This document shows, piece after piece, positions 14,046 to 28,545 of a stretch of 64,000 nt of DNA. This stretch comes from the human T2T-CHM13v2.0 reference genome, Homo sapiens. A program made the translations under genes and the position numbers. The notes below the pieces were generated by a model. It was not told where the DNA came from and searched no databases. It worked only from the letters and a program-made list of their open reading frames with translations. The first letter of the stretch is position 1. Each line of letters begins with the position of its first letter. The stretch lies in the NCBI RefSeq assembly GCF_009914755.1, contig NC_060928.1. One strand, given 5' to 3'.

Positions 14046-14254
14046 GGTGCACCTCTTGTGGCTCCAAAGAAAAATATTTGGACTGATAAAAGCAAACAAA
14101 ACAGGCAGCACATCAGTATGGAGAGATCCTACATGGCTTCTGATATTTTTATGGGTGTGTCTTTTTTCTCTACTGGTGGCAAGGATTATATGTTTTCCTT
14201 CCCTGACTTCCTAGGGCCAAACATGATCACTGTTTGTCCTGAGGAAGTATCACA

Positions 14255-14490
14255 CATATTTAGAGCAATGGCTCCTAGGCCAGATTGCCTGGGTCCATAA
14301 TGCCAGCTCTGCTACTTACTACACGTGTGACTTTGGACAAGTACTGAATGCCCTGTACCTCAGCTTCCCCATCTGTAAAAGAGGATAATAGTCCCTACCT
14401 CCCAGGGTTATGACAATAATTAAGAGTTAGTCTACATAAAACACAGGGAACAGAGGCTAGCACTTGCAAGCTCGGCTATTATTATTCATG
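14255..14490 (+). mobile_element. MIR
   Basis: CAGCTCTGCTACTTACTA...GTGACTTTGGACAAG...CTCAGCTTCCCCATCTGTAAAA. Confidence 0.85.
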
Positions 14491-14560
14491 AAGGTGCTTG
14501 TGAAATGACAGCTGCAACGACAGGGCAACTTCTGCATATACAGGAATAATACTAAGATAA

Positions 14561-14855
14561 GGCCTGGGCGTGGTGGCTCATGCTTGTAATCCCAGCACTT
14601 TGGGAGGCTGAGGTGGGCAGATCACGAGGTCAGGAGATCCGAGACCATCCTGGCTAACACGGGCTACTAAAAATACAAAAAATTAGCCAGGTGTGGCAGC
14701 ATGCGCCTATGATCCCAGCTACTCGGGAGGATGAGGCAGGAGAATCCCTTGAACCTGGGAGGTGGAGGTTGCAGTGAGTCGAGATCGATCGTGCCACTGC
14801 ACTCCAGCCTGAGAGACAGAGCAAGACTCCGTCTAAAAAAAAGAAAAAAAAGAAA
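14561..14855 (+). mobile_element. AluSc-like
   Basis: Dimeric Alu with a short left-arm deletion before CTACTAAAAATAC; TSD AAGATAA. Confidence 0.95.
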
Positions 14856-17054
14856 AGATAAATTAAGGCAAATTAAACACAATGCCATAACTTTCTTGGG
14901 ATGAAGACTGAGGGAAATCACAGAAAGAAGAGTAAATTCAAAGGGGAGAACCACACCAGCCTCACAGAAATTTCAGGAAGCATCGCTGAAGCTTTGGATG
15001 ACAGTCCTATCATGTCCCAACCTGTCTGCTGGACTGCTCCCTGGTACGGTCAATTGGGCATGTTCTAGCGGAAATCCACAGGCCCACTAACTCCCACAGC
15101 CCACAGCCATGGAACCATGGCTGACCATGCATGGTGGTCTTTACCCTTGTGCCATGAGTGGTCTGAGGACTAAACATGCCTTGATCAGAAGCATTACCAT
15201 TCTCTGAATCACCAGGCCCCTAACCTTGAAGGTTATGTCTCCTCTCCCAGAGGCTTTCGTTATCTGCTCCTCCTCTTGACCCCCATAGCACTGTAGGCAC
15301 AGCCCACCCACCCCGACTGTGCAGGTGACATGGCATTGCCACTGCTTGTCTCATTCCATCTCTGTATTTCATACTGCCCTGCAATGCTGTCTGAATGCAG
15401 GGCCAGGCATGCATTTGACAAAGAGGCCACTTCAGTGGATTGTCCCAGAGTTAATACGCACCAAGCAACAAGAGCTACTCTGACATGGGTGCTAGTGCAC
15501 TGCTGTACAATGCCTGGGATTTTCCTCTTTTACCTTTTAGGAGCAAAGATACTCTATTATCACCACTATCAACCTCTCCTCTTATCCCTACCCCTCAAGA
15601 AAGAAATGGAAACACGCAGGAAGTTCAAAGGCCAACTCATTTGCTACTGCTGGAGCGGGCAAACAACGCACACTCACAGAAACTAAATAAGTGAATGAGG
15701 AAAATGGAGTGCACAAAGACATGAGGGGACAGACCAGTGAGACCAGAATGCAGTCAACAAGAGAGGGGTTAGGGTCGAAAAGGCCCAGGAAAGGGGTGGG
15801 GTGCTACCGAATTCTGACTTTTTTCCTTTATAGGTATTTACTTATATCTGGTCTCAGAGACACACAGGGAGAAGAAGTGGGAGAGAGAGCATCTAACAAG
15901 ATCCTTGAAGGCAGGAATGTTTTCCCATTTTCATTTCTATTCCATTGTAGTGTTGAGAGCAGCTCCAATCATCTGAAAGAGTGAATGGCTATTGGGTGGG
16001 AGGCAAAGGGAAACAAAGAAATATACCGTGAACTCCGGGACACATCTTAAAACTTGCCTAAACTCCAGAGAGGGAGGTACTCATCAAGTGCAGTCTTCAA
16101 AAATTATGTGGGATTCACAAACAGAACTCATCTCCAGGTAGAGGACAAGGGTCCCTCCCACCTGAACATCAACAAGTAATGCAACTCTCCCTCTCCTACA
16201 CAACGTTTATATGGTTGATATCCACCAATCTGTCCATCCCTCCTTCCTCTAGCCCTTGGGCGCCACACTAAAATATTACATTCAACAGAAATTAGAAACT
16301 TCAAAGCACACCCCTTCAAAAAATCAACAATACAGGGTACGGTGATGAACAAAAGGACATTATAATTTTGTGGAAAATGCAAATGTTAAATTACACACAG
16401 AGTAATTGCCATATTTATGTCTTTCCTACTGACCTTATCTTGCCAGAGTAGGAGAATCAGTGTCAAGAATGAACTCTTTGCCGATTTAAATAGGATTCAA
16501 ATATATATATTATGCATAATAATAGTCTCCTTTCACTTATTACATAAACATAAAACATTACCCTCCTTCTATTCTTGAGACGTTATGACAATCTGAGCTA
16601 ATACATTTAATTCAACTCAAGTCCCTGAGAGAACAGAACTACAATTACTATTTAGCGAGTGTCTGACCCATTCTGCTTGTCTCTGAAATTGTCTATGAAA
16701 CTTTCATGGAGGACACCAAGGAATCATTTTGTTGTTTGACAAAATGATTTGACTGTGAACATTTTTAAAATGCTTATATTCCCAACATTTAAAATAAGAT
16801 TTTATTTTCTTTTATATAGATGGGAGTTATTTGATGTCCAATAATATGCATTTCTATACAAATGCATACAGAGGTATCTGAATTTTTGAGAGGTAAATTA
16901 CACATTCTGTGAGTGGGTCTTGAAGCATCAACTTGAATGAGAATGGTTATATACATACCACTGGATAAATATGCCTTTGCTAGCTCAGACTTCATGGAGT
17001 AGGCCAGAGATAGGAAGGAAAAGAAGGAAGAAAGAGAACAGAGAGTGGAAGAGA

Positions 17055-17343
17055 GGCAGGGCATGGTGGCTCACCTCTGTAATACCAGCAGTTTGAGAGG
17101 CAGCGGTGGGTGGATTGCTTGAGGTCAGGAGTTTGAGACCAGCCTGGCCAACATGGCGAAACCCCGTCTCTACTAAAAATACAAAAATTAGCTGGGCTTG
17201 GTGGTGCACACCTGTAATCTCAGCTGCTCGGGAGGCTAAGGCAGACCAGGTTGAAGCTGGGAGGCAGAGGTTGCAGTGAGCCGAGATCACGCCACTGCAC
17301 TCCAGCCTGGGCAACCGAGTGAGACACTGCCTCAAAAAGAAAA
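17055..17343 (+). mobile_element. AluS
   Basis: Dimeric Alu; TSD GAGTGGAAGAGA on both sides. Confidence 0.95.
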
Positions 17344-17659
17344 GGGGAGTGGAAGAGAAGGGAAGAGAGGGCAAGGAAGGCAGGAGGATCAACTACTCCA
17401 AATTGAAGAACTGGAATTAAATCCATCCCACCTCCTTCCAACAACTGGAGGAATGATCTTACCTCTAGCATGTTTAACATGGGGAAAATATTTTTTTAAG
17501 TAGTCCAGACAATGATAAATACAAAGAAAAAAACACACCTCTGGATTTAAATGGAAGGCTGCAATTCCTTCATCCAGAGAGCCTATTTCATGAGAAACCT
17601 TTTAGTAGAGAAGTTCTTAGTAAGACTATATGGGTAGCAATCTCTTGTTCAAGAGATAA

Positions 17660-17880
17660 AAATAGAACAACTAACCTTTACTAAGGTCTTACTAGGTATA
17701 AGGTACCATTGGTAACATGTATTAACTCATTTAACCTTCACAAACCTCCTGTGAAGTACGAAGTATTATTATCCACATTTTACTAATAAGAAATAAGTAA
17801 TGTACCCAAATTATGCAGTCAGGAAATGGCAGAGCTGGGATTCAAACCCAAGTATCCGACTCCCAACCCAGCACCCAGCC
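17660..17880 (-). mobile_element. MIR
   Basis: ATTAACTCATTTAACCTTCAC...TATTATTATCCACATTTTAC...GGCAGAGCTGGGATTCAAACCCAAG. Confidence 0.8.
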
Positions 17881-18080
17881 ATTTTATTAGTGAATGAGTG
17901 GATGTGTGAATAAGTGAATGAATGCAAAAGCTATGCTCGCTGTTTGTAACTTGTGGCTTTAAAGGCTGCTGGCAGAGTTTTCTGTACCACAAAGGACAGC
18001 CTTATGAACAAACCATGGCTCAACAAAACTATGCCTCACAGTTGTCCCTCCCCTAAACACACCCCACTCTGAGGGAGAGC

Positions 18081-18411
<331 letters not shown>

Positions 18412-20455
18412 TCACACAGGGGCCATGTGACAAGACAGTGTTGCGGGGATTTGGCTATGAGATGAAAATGCATAAGGGACTGCGGAGCTTCCTGTGGGCC
18501 CCATGTTGCTTACTGTTAGAGGAGAGGTGTCCTGGCAACATTCCAACCCGGGCACAAACTTTACATGAAGTTTGAAGCTTCGGTTAGTGGCAGGGTCTCC
18601 ACTTCCTGTTCCAAGATGTTGGGTGAGTCTCATAATTCAAGTCTCAGAGGCATTTAGACTTGAGTGGTGTAATGCCCTTACAGGCTCAGTGACCATGCTG
18701 CCCAAGCCAGGAACAAGGACCCAAATCTGATTTTTTTTTAAAAAACAAAAAACAAAAAACAGGTCTACCTACAGGGAAAAAAAGACAAGCCATTCAAATT
18801 CAGGACTGTTCCCAGATGCCCTATAGCACTAAGGACATGACAAATTGAACATGACCTGCATATTTTATGAATGTATCTCTCCCTTTCCCTCTGCTTCTCA
18901 CCCCTCTTCTCTCTTTATTTCTCAAGTCTTCACTTACGGATGCAGAATAGGAGACACTTAGGTCTGCTAAATCTATCTAGACTGACTTACCTACGGCTCT
19001 GTTCACCTCTTAGATCCCAAACACAATTCTTTTCCTCATTCAGTTTCAATCTGTTTTCCTATATTTGAAGAATGTGCTGTTTTGAAAGCCCTAATTTTTA
19101 CTTTATAGGAATGCCGAGAAACAGGCCCCAGGAAAGCAATACTGTAGCATTTTCCAAGCAGTCATCTGGGGGATTCATGACCTTCCAAAAATTTCTGGTG
19201 GTTTCTGACATTCAACTTCTTCCCTTCCTCAAATTCTCCATATCCCCACATTCTGCCACATATTTTTAGGCAAGTATCTGAGCTACTAAAGAATTTAAAA
19301 ATGAGAAAAGTGAAAGTGGCCAACAGCCACAATAAAATTTTTCTTTAAAAATGGCAGCACTGTCCCTGGAAGAGCTTACACGGGTACACACAGTATATTT
19401 CAATCTTATCAATCGTGCCCACCTAGATTCAGCTCTTGGGACTATTCTAACTAAGACAACACTATCAGTTTAAAATAGTCTATTGTGACAGAAAAGTACG
19501 TTGAAAATCAGTGAAGACTCACACATAGAATCAATTTCCCCTCTAGAGAAAATCAGCGAATATAAATTCATTAGGGTAGTTAATTTTTCCATGTAAATAG
19601 CAACTGACATCACTGTTAATACCAGGAAAAGTAAGCAGCGTCTTTTAATGAAAAGATTATAAATCTAAAGCGAACTGAGTTAAGTTCTAACTGTGCTCCT
19701 GATAAAAAGGGAATAAATAATACCCATTCATTTTTCATGGAGATGTTTTAAGAATAAACAAGACAAATGGGTAAAAATACTTTCAGTTCTCCTGAATAAG
19801 GCACTACCTAATCCCAAAACAGTTCTATAAGAAAGAAAGAAAAAAAAAAAAGATTGGTGTGTTCTCGGCAGTTTCAATGAGGGCTATGGGCCCGAGACGT
19901 TTTAAAAGCAGAAAACTGTTAACATTGGAGATATATTGTCAAAATACATTTCCCTTTGGTTAAGGAAAGGAGAGAGGGAGGGCTTAAAGGGTGGAGTGGA
20001 AAGGAATTGTCATCAAAGCATTGTTAATATGAACTGAATTATATTACAATGGCGATGCTTCAACATGGGGAATGAAAATTGTTTTGTATTATTGTGGATT
20101 GACAATATGACAATCGTTCATTGAAAGTGGATGACAGCTGTAGCATTATAGCTCAGTGCACAACACAAGATGAATGAGTGTTACAAGTTCTTCCAGAATG
20201 GGCCCTTATTTCGCAAGAGTCCGTTTCATCCCAAAATAAATACATGCCAGTTTTTCACTATCTCAGCAAATTTAGCATCTCTTTACAAACCAATGTGCTA
20301 CCAGCGGCCTCAAAGTGCCTGTGTCATGTCCCTGCTTAGTGGATTTGCAGCAGCTGTGAAATGTCAAGTCAAAATGCCATGGAAGATCTATACAACGCCT
20401 CAGCAGAAGAAAGGGCAAGAAATGGTAAAATGCTTATGCCTGGACATGTGTGAAC

Positions 20456-20463
20456 TGACGTCA
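20456..20463. promoter_or_regulatory. Palindromic CRE motif TGACGTCA
   Basis: Exact CREB/ATF consensus in unique sequence; function not shown. Confidence 0.35.
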
Positions 20464-20826
20464 AACTGTCTCCCGATCCACAGGAGTACTGTTCCTGAAT
20501 TTCTGTCTTGGCACCAGGCTCATTCCACCACAGACATATGAGAGTCATTTGTGTGCCTCTTATATCAAACTACTCACCTAAAAGAAGTAACACCATGTAA
20601 GCTACTTGAAATTAACACACTTCAGAGGCCAGAGATATTTACATATCTCCTTATGTGCAACAAAAGTCATGCCTGCTTACTTAACAAAAAGAAAGAAAAA
20701 TCAAAGAAAAAAAGCACAAAAACTACTCAAAATATCATCACAGAGAGAAAGAGATAAGCCTTGTTCACATTCACATATTAGTGTTTTTCTTCCCAGTTTT
20801 AATGTATTTTTAAAAAACAGAATCTG

Positions 20827-21400
<574 letters not shown>

Positions 21401-21787
21401 TTATAAAACCTGTACTGATTTCCTATGATCCTGAGTATGGCAACACTCAAAGTAAACCTGGGGCAGCCCTTGGAAAGGGGTCTCGAGCCTCACTGACCCA
21501 TCAGAAGAGCCTCTGAAGTATTGGTAAGAGCAGCTGAAGAGCTATAAACAATGGGCAAGTTCTCCATTTTATACTTAGAGAAAATAGAACCACTTATCCC
21601 TTAATTGCTGTGGCCTAGTCTTCTAGGGTTAAGCGCAGCAACATGTTTTGGTGCGTGAGAAAAAGAATAGTATATGCAAAGGGAGAGGAATTGCATGAAT
21701 ATTCTCTATGCTTCCAAAGTCAATATGAAATATAAATGCCCTCTAAAAACCCTGAGAGAATAATAAAACATGGGAGTTATTTATGCT

Positions 21788-22165
21788 ATGGTCTAAATAT
21801 TTCTAATTATCTTTCAGGCACATGGAAGAGCTGTACTTCCTGGCTCTTGTGTGGTTAGATGAGGTCATGTTACTAGTTCTGACAAATAAGTTGTGAGCAG
21901 AGTGATGGGGACCATTTCTGGGCAGGGACATTAAATTGCTGATGTTAGACCCTCTGGAGCTCTTTCTCCTTCAGCGTAACCACTAGTGTGAGATCGTGGC
22001 TGGTTTTGTGAGAATGGGTCCCTGAGTAACAATGATAAGCAGAATCTCGTCTCCCCACCAACCCACAATAAACATGAGCAAGAACTAAATTTTTGTTGCT
22101 TTAAACCACTAAGATTTGGGGGTTCTTTGTTACTATACCATCACCTAGGCTCTCCTGACTGATAA
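21788..22165 (+). mobile_element. MLT1 (ERVL-MaLR) solo LTR, MLT1I/J-like
   Basis: GGTCATGTTACTAGTTCTGAC...TTTGTTGCTTTAAACCACTAAGATTTGGGGGTTCTTTGTTAC...CCTGACTGATA is a typical MLT1 3' end. Confidence 0.85.
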
Positions 22166-22300
22166 ATAAGATTTAATTGAACTTCTTTGTGATCTCATTA
22201 TCTAATTTAAAATATTCACAGAAAACTTCATTCTTCTCTACACATACAGTTTGAAAACCTGGCGAATTATAGACATAATCTTTCAGGTTTTCTGGTCTTC

Positions 22301-22310
22301 GTTACGTAAC
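22301..22310. promoter_or_regulatory. Perfect PAR-bZIP/NFIL3 D-box palindrome GTTACGTAAC
   Basis: Exact 10-bp consensus for DBP/HLF/TEF/NFIL3; function not shown. Confidence 0.35.
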
Positions 22311-22729
22311 AATTCAACAGGCATTTCTTCAGTGCCTACTGGCTGCAAGACAGTTACATTAAGTGAGAAATACAAATACTGGGAAATACAAAGATGAGGA
22401 AGACACAGCTCTGGGCCTGAATCACTTAAGATAAAGTAGGGAGGATCCGGTTTCACATTTTCTACAAAGGAGGAATTTAGGGTTGGCAACTGGGTCGCAA
22501 AGGGCAGGGGGAGGGGTAGGGGGGACTGTACTGAAGCTGTGTTTGCATAGTAAATGCAGTCTATATATATTATATATTTATTTGAGGCAATTTTGCAGAG
22601 AGGCTCGTGTGGAATATAGGAGAGTGGCTAAACACCTCCTCTGAGCTGCTGTTGGTACTACCAAGGGAACAGTAAAGACAACTCTAAGTAGAAGATGGAA
22701 AGTTCTGAAGGAGAGGTCGGAAAAAAGTG

Positions 22730-23620
22730 GCCATGGTGTTTCGAAGGACTGGAAGATGCCGTCTGAGAGACTGGGAGAAGGGTTTCAGTGAAGAAACTGC
22801 ATTTGAGATGGGCTTTTGAGGCCAAGATTTCCACAGGGAGAGATCAGGGGAGAAACGGTCTGGAAGGAGGGTGCCGCCTAAGCAAAGACACAGGGGGACA
22901 AAGCAGAGGACTGATCAGGTATCCAGAGCGATGTCATAGCTAGTGCCTAGACAGACTGTTGGGCAAGTGCAGATTTGGGGGGAACGCACTGAGGGACTTA
23001 GAGGGATTTGTGCTTGGCTGGCTGAGTTAGGAAATTCAGGGCAGCGGAGGTGGGTGTGAAGCAGGGATTTCAAGGCAGAGAATTATACACCAGGAAGAAG
23101 AGAAGCAAGAGGAGCTGGTCCTGGCAGGTTTACTTGGCGGAATTGCAGCGCCCGTATCTGAATAATGAAGTTGGTGAAACCGAGAGGGCTGCAACCCAGA
23201 GATGAAGGCGCGGAGCCAGGACGTGGCTCACGCTGAGCTTCCAGCTCCAAACTCTCAGCACAGGGCTGAGCACAAAATAGAAGAGCGATGAATGAATAAT
23301 ACCTAATAATATCCCAACCAACCGGCCAACTGCAGGACAAGCCAGTTTTACAGGACTTGCCGGCCAGTCCTTTATTTTTAAACTTCTTTGCCCGCTCTTG
23401 GAGCTTGAGTTTGATATTTACACCCACCCCCCACCCCCAAAATGGGCACAGCAGAAGATGGACGCGCTGCTCAGATCTAAGCATTTGGATACCTGTAAAT
23501 AGCTCTGGTTTAGCTTGGAGGAGACTGAACTTAAATGGAGTGAAGTTTGAAGACTGTCTGTGAATTTTAGCTTTAAATATTGTAAGTCAGCGCTGGCGGC
23601 AATGGCCATCTTTAACTTCG
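22730..23620. promoter_or_regulatory. CpG-retaining, enhancer/promoter-like non-Alu segment
   Basis: 18 CpG counted in 23041-23620 and about 7 more in 22730-23000, well above the flanking non-Alu DNA. Confidence 0.4.
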
Positions 23621-26600
23621 TGATACTAAGAAAAAGATAGGCTCTTCAGACAAGAACAAAAACATTCCAGTTCTCAACATTTGGTAAGGCTTTTCCCCAG
23701 GAATTCCCTTTTGCTTAATCTGACCCCACATACTTCCTTTAAATGTCCCTTTACGAAGACATTTTAGTTTTGGTTCAAACAAACACAAAAGTTAGTGTAA
23801 ACGCTGGGAAAAAGCAGGTGGAGTGGGAGACTAATGATCACTTTTCTGTGTGATCCTGAGTGAGTGGACTGGATTTCTGGCCCAATAGTAGGGCAGTATT
23901 TCAAGAATGAAAGGGAAATTTCTTGAGGGAAATGGACAGTTTAAGGATGAATATCATTCTTTTGATATCTTCCCAAAACATGTGCAAATTCAGCAAGAGG
24001 TTACAGGAAACCTCAATACCCTTGATTCAGAAATAAACACAGGTTATCTTTTCAAAAGGCATACAAGTGACCAAATAATAAAGCCATCTCCAAAAGGTCA
24101 GGAGAAATTTATTGGGAACCTACTGGGCATAGAACTGAAGAAAGTCTCCTTGTAACTGGGCTTCCCATGGTTGCAAAAACAGTGGGTGCCTTCACTAGGT
24201 TTATTACCAAAGATAGCAAATGTTTTCCATGGAAAACTTAACTGGAATCTGTTTTGTCCTAAGGTCAGATCTACAAAGCCATAATTACCCAGGTAACTTG
24301 GGTCTGATGTTGCCAAAAATATCCAGGTAATTACAGGAGAAAGGTCATTTCCTCTGTATAATCTCAACTATACCACTGGCTGTCTATACTGGCAGTTATC
24401 CAGTTAAGAACAGCCTTTCACATTTCACTTTGTGCTTGCTTAGACCCTGCCAAGACTGAAAATCGTAACGAGTTTTTTAAAATCCCCTTTATAAATATTC
24501 CCCTTCCCTTGCCCCATTCCCTAGGATGATCTGATGACTTCCTCACAAGACGATATACGAAATACTTTGCTAATTTTTACATTCAAAGGAAATGCTTTCT
24601 GGAAAGAATACTGTGAGACAGAAATGAAACAAGAAAGGTGAAGAGGAAGAATGAACAGGGGTGCCAAGATGTGCAAAACTGTGGGGATTCAAAGATTCAT
24701 AGCAAGAGAGAAAGAAAAAGAGAGAGGAGCAAAGCAGATATGCAGGTCAACAGACGTCTTTATTCAGAGTTTGAGCTTTGTCAACACAGGCAGTTTGGGG
24801 GCAGAAAGAAGCGCATCTGCTGCTCTGTGATTGCACAAGAGAAGCTACCACTCCTTTTCTTCACAAAGAAAAAAAAATGGCATTTATCGCAAGTACAGCA
24901 AGGCATATTAGGATTCACCTCCCCCATTCTTTCTTCCCTCTTCCTCCTACCATCTCCCTCGCCGCCTCCCTTTCCTGTTGGAAAAGAAAAGGTGGGAGGG
25001 AGAGGAGGACCCACCGGTCACAGACAACGCTGTGGGATTCTCTTTCTTCAGCTTTTACCAGCCTATGGGGGTCAGGATGCTATTGGTTCAGCTTTATGTG
25101 TGATATGGTGCCTCTCACTTAGCAACAGCGAGCAGGAGAGGCAGGAAGCAACGCCACCTGGCTCAGCAAGTGTGCGGATGGTTTAAAACGAGCCACTCAC
25201 TCACAGGGAGAACAGAGGAGGGGGGAAGAGAGAGCAGGCTGAGCTTAATATATTGTACTATTAAGAGCAAGGCTTAATCAGGGTGTTAACAACAACCAAC
25301 AGGCAGGCTATGGGGGAAGAGCAAAGACTGGACAGGAGTTATTTTTAATGAGTATCTACGTATAAATCATACATGTTGCCTTCCTTTTTTTTTAAAAGGA
25401 CAGACTACACTGTGCTGCCTGGATGGTGGGTGGGGAGAAAGATGGTTATCTAGGCAAAAAATAAGAGATAAGATGCATCTAAAATTCTACAGTGAGTTTA
25501 CTCGGTTTTACTTTGTTTTCACACCAGGGTGTTACTAGAAAAGAAAAAGTAAAAGTGGGTGTACTTGAAAAAGCAATTGGCTACGTAATCACAGGATTTT
25601 TTTTTTTAATTAGTCAACACAGTAGCTATTTCTAAATCTTAAAATCCATTTTAGCATTTGAAAATTAACTTTCTGGAGTGGAAAGTGGCAAAAGAGAAAT
25701 CTAGCAGAGAAACATCTCTGCTAGAAAGATTTTTTTTTCCTTTGCCTCCTTTGTGGTAAAAGGGAAATTTCTAAGAAGGATGCTGATAGAAGTTCTGAAA
25801 GCTCACACTGCCTGAATATAACAGGGCTCATTGCCAATAACAACAAGGAAATGTATTCTGCTATTCCATATTCTTTCATTTCTCTTAATAGAATTTGCCT
25901 TCCCCTCTATTCTAGGTCTTCCCGCCAAACTTTAGAAGGATTATCTCACCTACTTATCCATCCCAACCCACCCCACTGCATAACATCTAACAGCCTAGCC
26001 TTAGACCCTAAAATATAAATGGGAAAGCATCCTTCTTTCGTTCGTAGAGAAAAAAATGGGAGTCAACTTGGGTCTTTCATTGGAGTCAACTGGTGCCCTA
26101 GAGACAAAGCCCAACACTCTGGAGGGCACAGATGGGCCTCTGTCTGCCCTTCTAAACCAGACCCAATTAACCCCTTAGGCTCTGAGGAGTAAAAGCCACT
26201 GACTACAGTGACACCTACTGCTCGGGGTACAGCTGTACATCCTCGCACCGCCTCCCAGGTTCTCCAAAGCAGCCATGTGTTCCACTGCCGTGGGCTCCAC
26301 TGAACACATTTCTCTCTGCTCTGGGCTAACACCTGGAGAAGGAAATTTTCAGCCCCCTCATTCTAAGGATGGCCTCTGAACCTATAAATCAGGGCCTTCT
26401 ATAGGCAGGAGTCCTCACCCATGGGAATACAACACGCTGTCAATCTATAAAGTGACCAACTCTCGCAGCGATTCTATACAAAAGAGGCAGAAAACATAGT
26501 CTGAGAAGAGCCCACACCTCCTTCAGAATCGCTACCTTGAAATTACTTGTTAATCCTGTTTGATACCCAATGAAGTTATCCTGGAAAAAAAATGAAAGTT

Positions 26601-26968
26601 TTACTCAGTATCCACTGAATTTTGCTATACAGGGAAAAATATGATATGAAGCACTAGTACAATCAAGGTATCTAGAAACTCCACTTCCAGTTTATACAAT
26701 AGCTTGTTAGTTAATCCATCCCTTCTACTCTATGCATTTAGTCAGATGGCAGAAATTCCCTCCCATTGAGAAAGAAATCCATTTAATTATGGAAGTCAGT
26801 TATACTTCTCTGAAGGCATAGAAAAAATTCCTCTATGTTGAGGACAATATCTATAAGTCTAGGAAGGGCAAGAAACAAAATCATTAACAGAACCCTTGAC
26901 TTACCCTAAAATAGACACTGAGTTTAAAACCATCTTAAAGGTGTCAAGAGCAGTAAGTCAGATGATTA

Positions 26969-27283
<315 letters not shown>

Positions 27284-27489
27284 ATTAAATTAATGGTTCA
27301 GGAGGTACAGCTTGTTTCATTTTTGACAAAGAATATCTAACGAATCTTCACCAAGATAGGTACACACTGAACAGAAGTAATGCTGAAAATTTAAATATTA
27401 CCCTTCTTTCTGGATGCTTGAAGTGTTATGCAAATATTTTGCTTTTTATTCCCAACCATTCTACTTGGAATAACTGGATGTTACATTGT

Positions 27490-27620
27490 GCTATTCTCAT
27501 TTTCCCACTGAGAAACAGAGGAGCTCAGCAGTTCATCCAACGTCACAGAGCAAGCTAGTGGAGGCGCCGGGATAAGAACCAGGCTTCCTGATTTAAAGCC
27601 CGTGACTTAGCCACTGGGCC
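27490..27620 (-). mobile_element. MIR fragment
   Basis: CTCATTTT...TGAGAAACAGAG...GTCACAGAGCAAGCTAGTGG...AGAACCAGG. Confidence 0.65.
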
Positions 27621-28247
27621 ACCAGAACCAGGCAATTCTCTCTGAAGCCCTGTGAGGACTATCTCAGACCTCTTACTGATACCTCACCCCTGTGTGTTAA
27701 TTTGTGTTACCGTCTCAGAGTTGCAATGGCCCTATTTCCATTCTTCTTTAAGTTTCTTACTTTGTGACCTCATTTATCAGTTGCTTTCATGAAATGGGTT
27801 AAGGAAAAAAATGAGAATGTGGGAGGCTTAAGTAAAACCTACGAAAAGCCCAGAAATGGTTCACACATAAGTTAAATAAAAGGCTAAATTTACCCACCTA
27901 TACCTACCTAACTCTAATGTTTTAGCACTAAAATGAGTATTAAGTGAAAGGATACTTAGAAAAGCAGCTATACTGGCTCTCCACTGAGACACGGATCCAC
28001 AAGGTGGAGCCACTGCGGGGTAGCCAGCTACATAACCAATTAATAGCACAACAGTGACATTTTCATTCTTTTCCATAGAATTTCCCACTGGCAGAACACA
28101 CCTGAACACACATCTGTGTGGGGTGTGCAAAGTGTAATTGTGTGACTCTGCCATGGATCACCTAGACCCCGTGTAGGAATCTGTTCAGTGGGGTATGGGT
28201 GTTCAAAATGGCATCCTTAAATGTCCCTCAAAAAACCCATATATTTC

Positions 28248-28545
28248 TTTTTTTTTTTTTTTTTGAGGTGGAGTCTCACTTTATTGCCCAAGCTGGAGTG
28301 CAGTGGTGTGATCTTGGCTCACTATAACCTCTACCTCCTAGGTTCGAGTGATTCTCCTGCCTCAGCCTCCTGAGTAGCTGGGATTACAGGCATACACCAC
28401 CATACCCGGCTAATTTTTGTATTTTTAGTAGAGACAGAGTTTCACCATGTTGCCCAGGCTGGTCTCGAACTCCTGACCTCAGGTGATCCACCCATCTCGC
28501 CCTCCCAAAGTCTTGGGATTACAGGCGTAAGCCACCGTGCCTGGC
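28248..28545 (-). mobile_element. AluSx-like
   Basis: Full Alu in reverse; TSD AAAAAACCCATATATTTCT on both sides. Confidence 0.97.

Noticed and set aside
24638-25186. 182-aa plus-strand ORF
   Set aside because: Non-ATG start and low-complexity purine/pyrimidine patches, with no domain or supporting splice structure.
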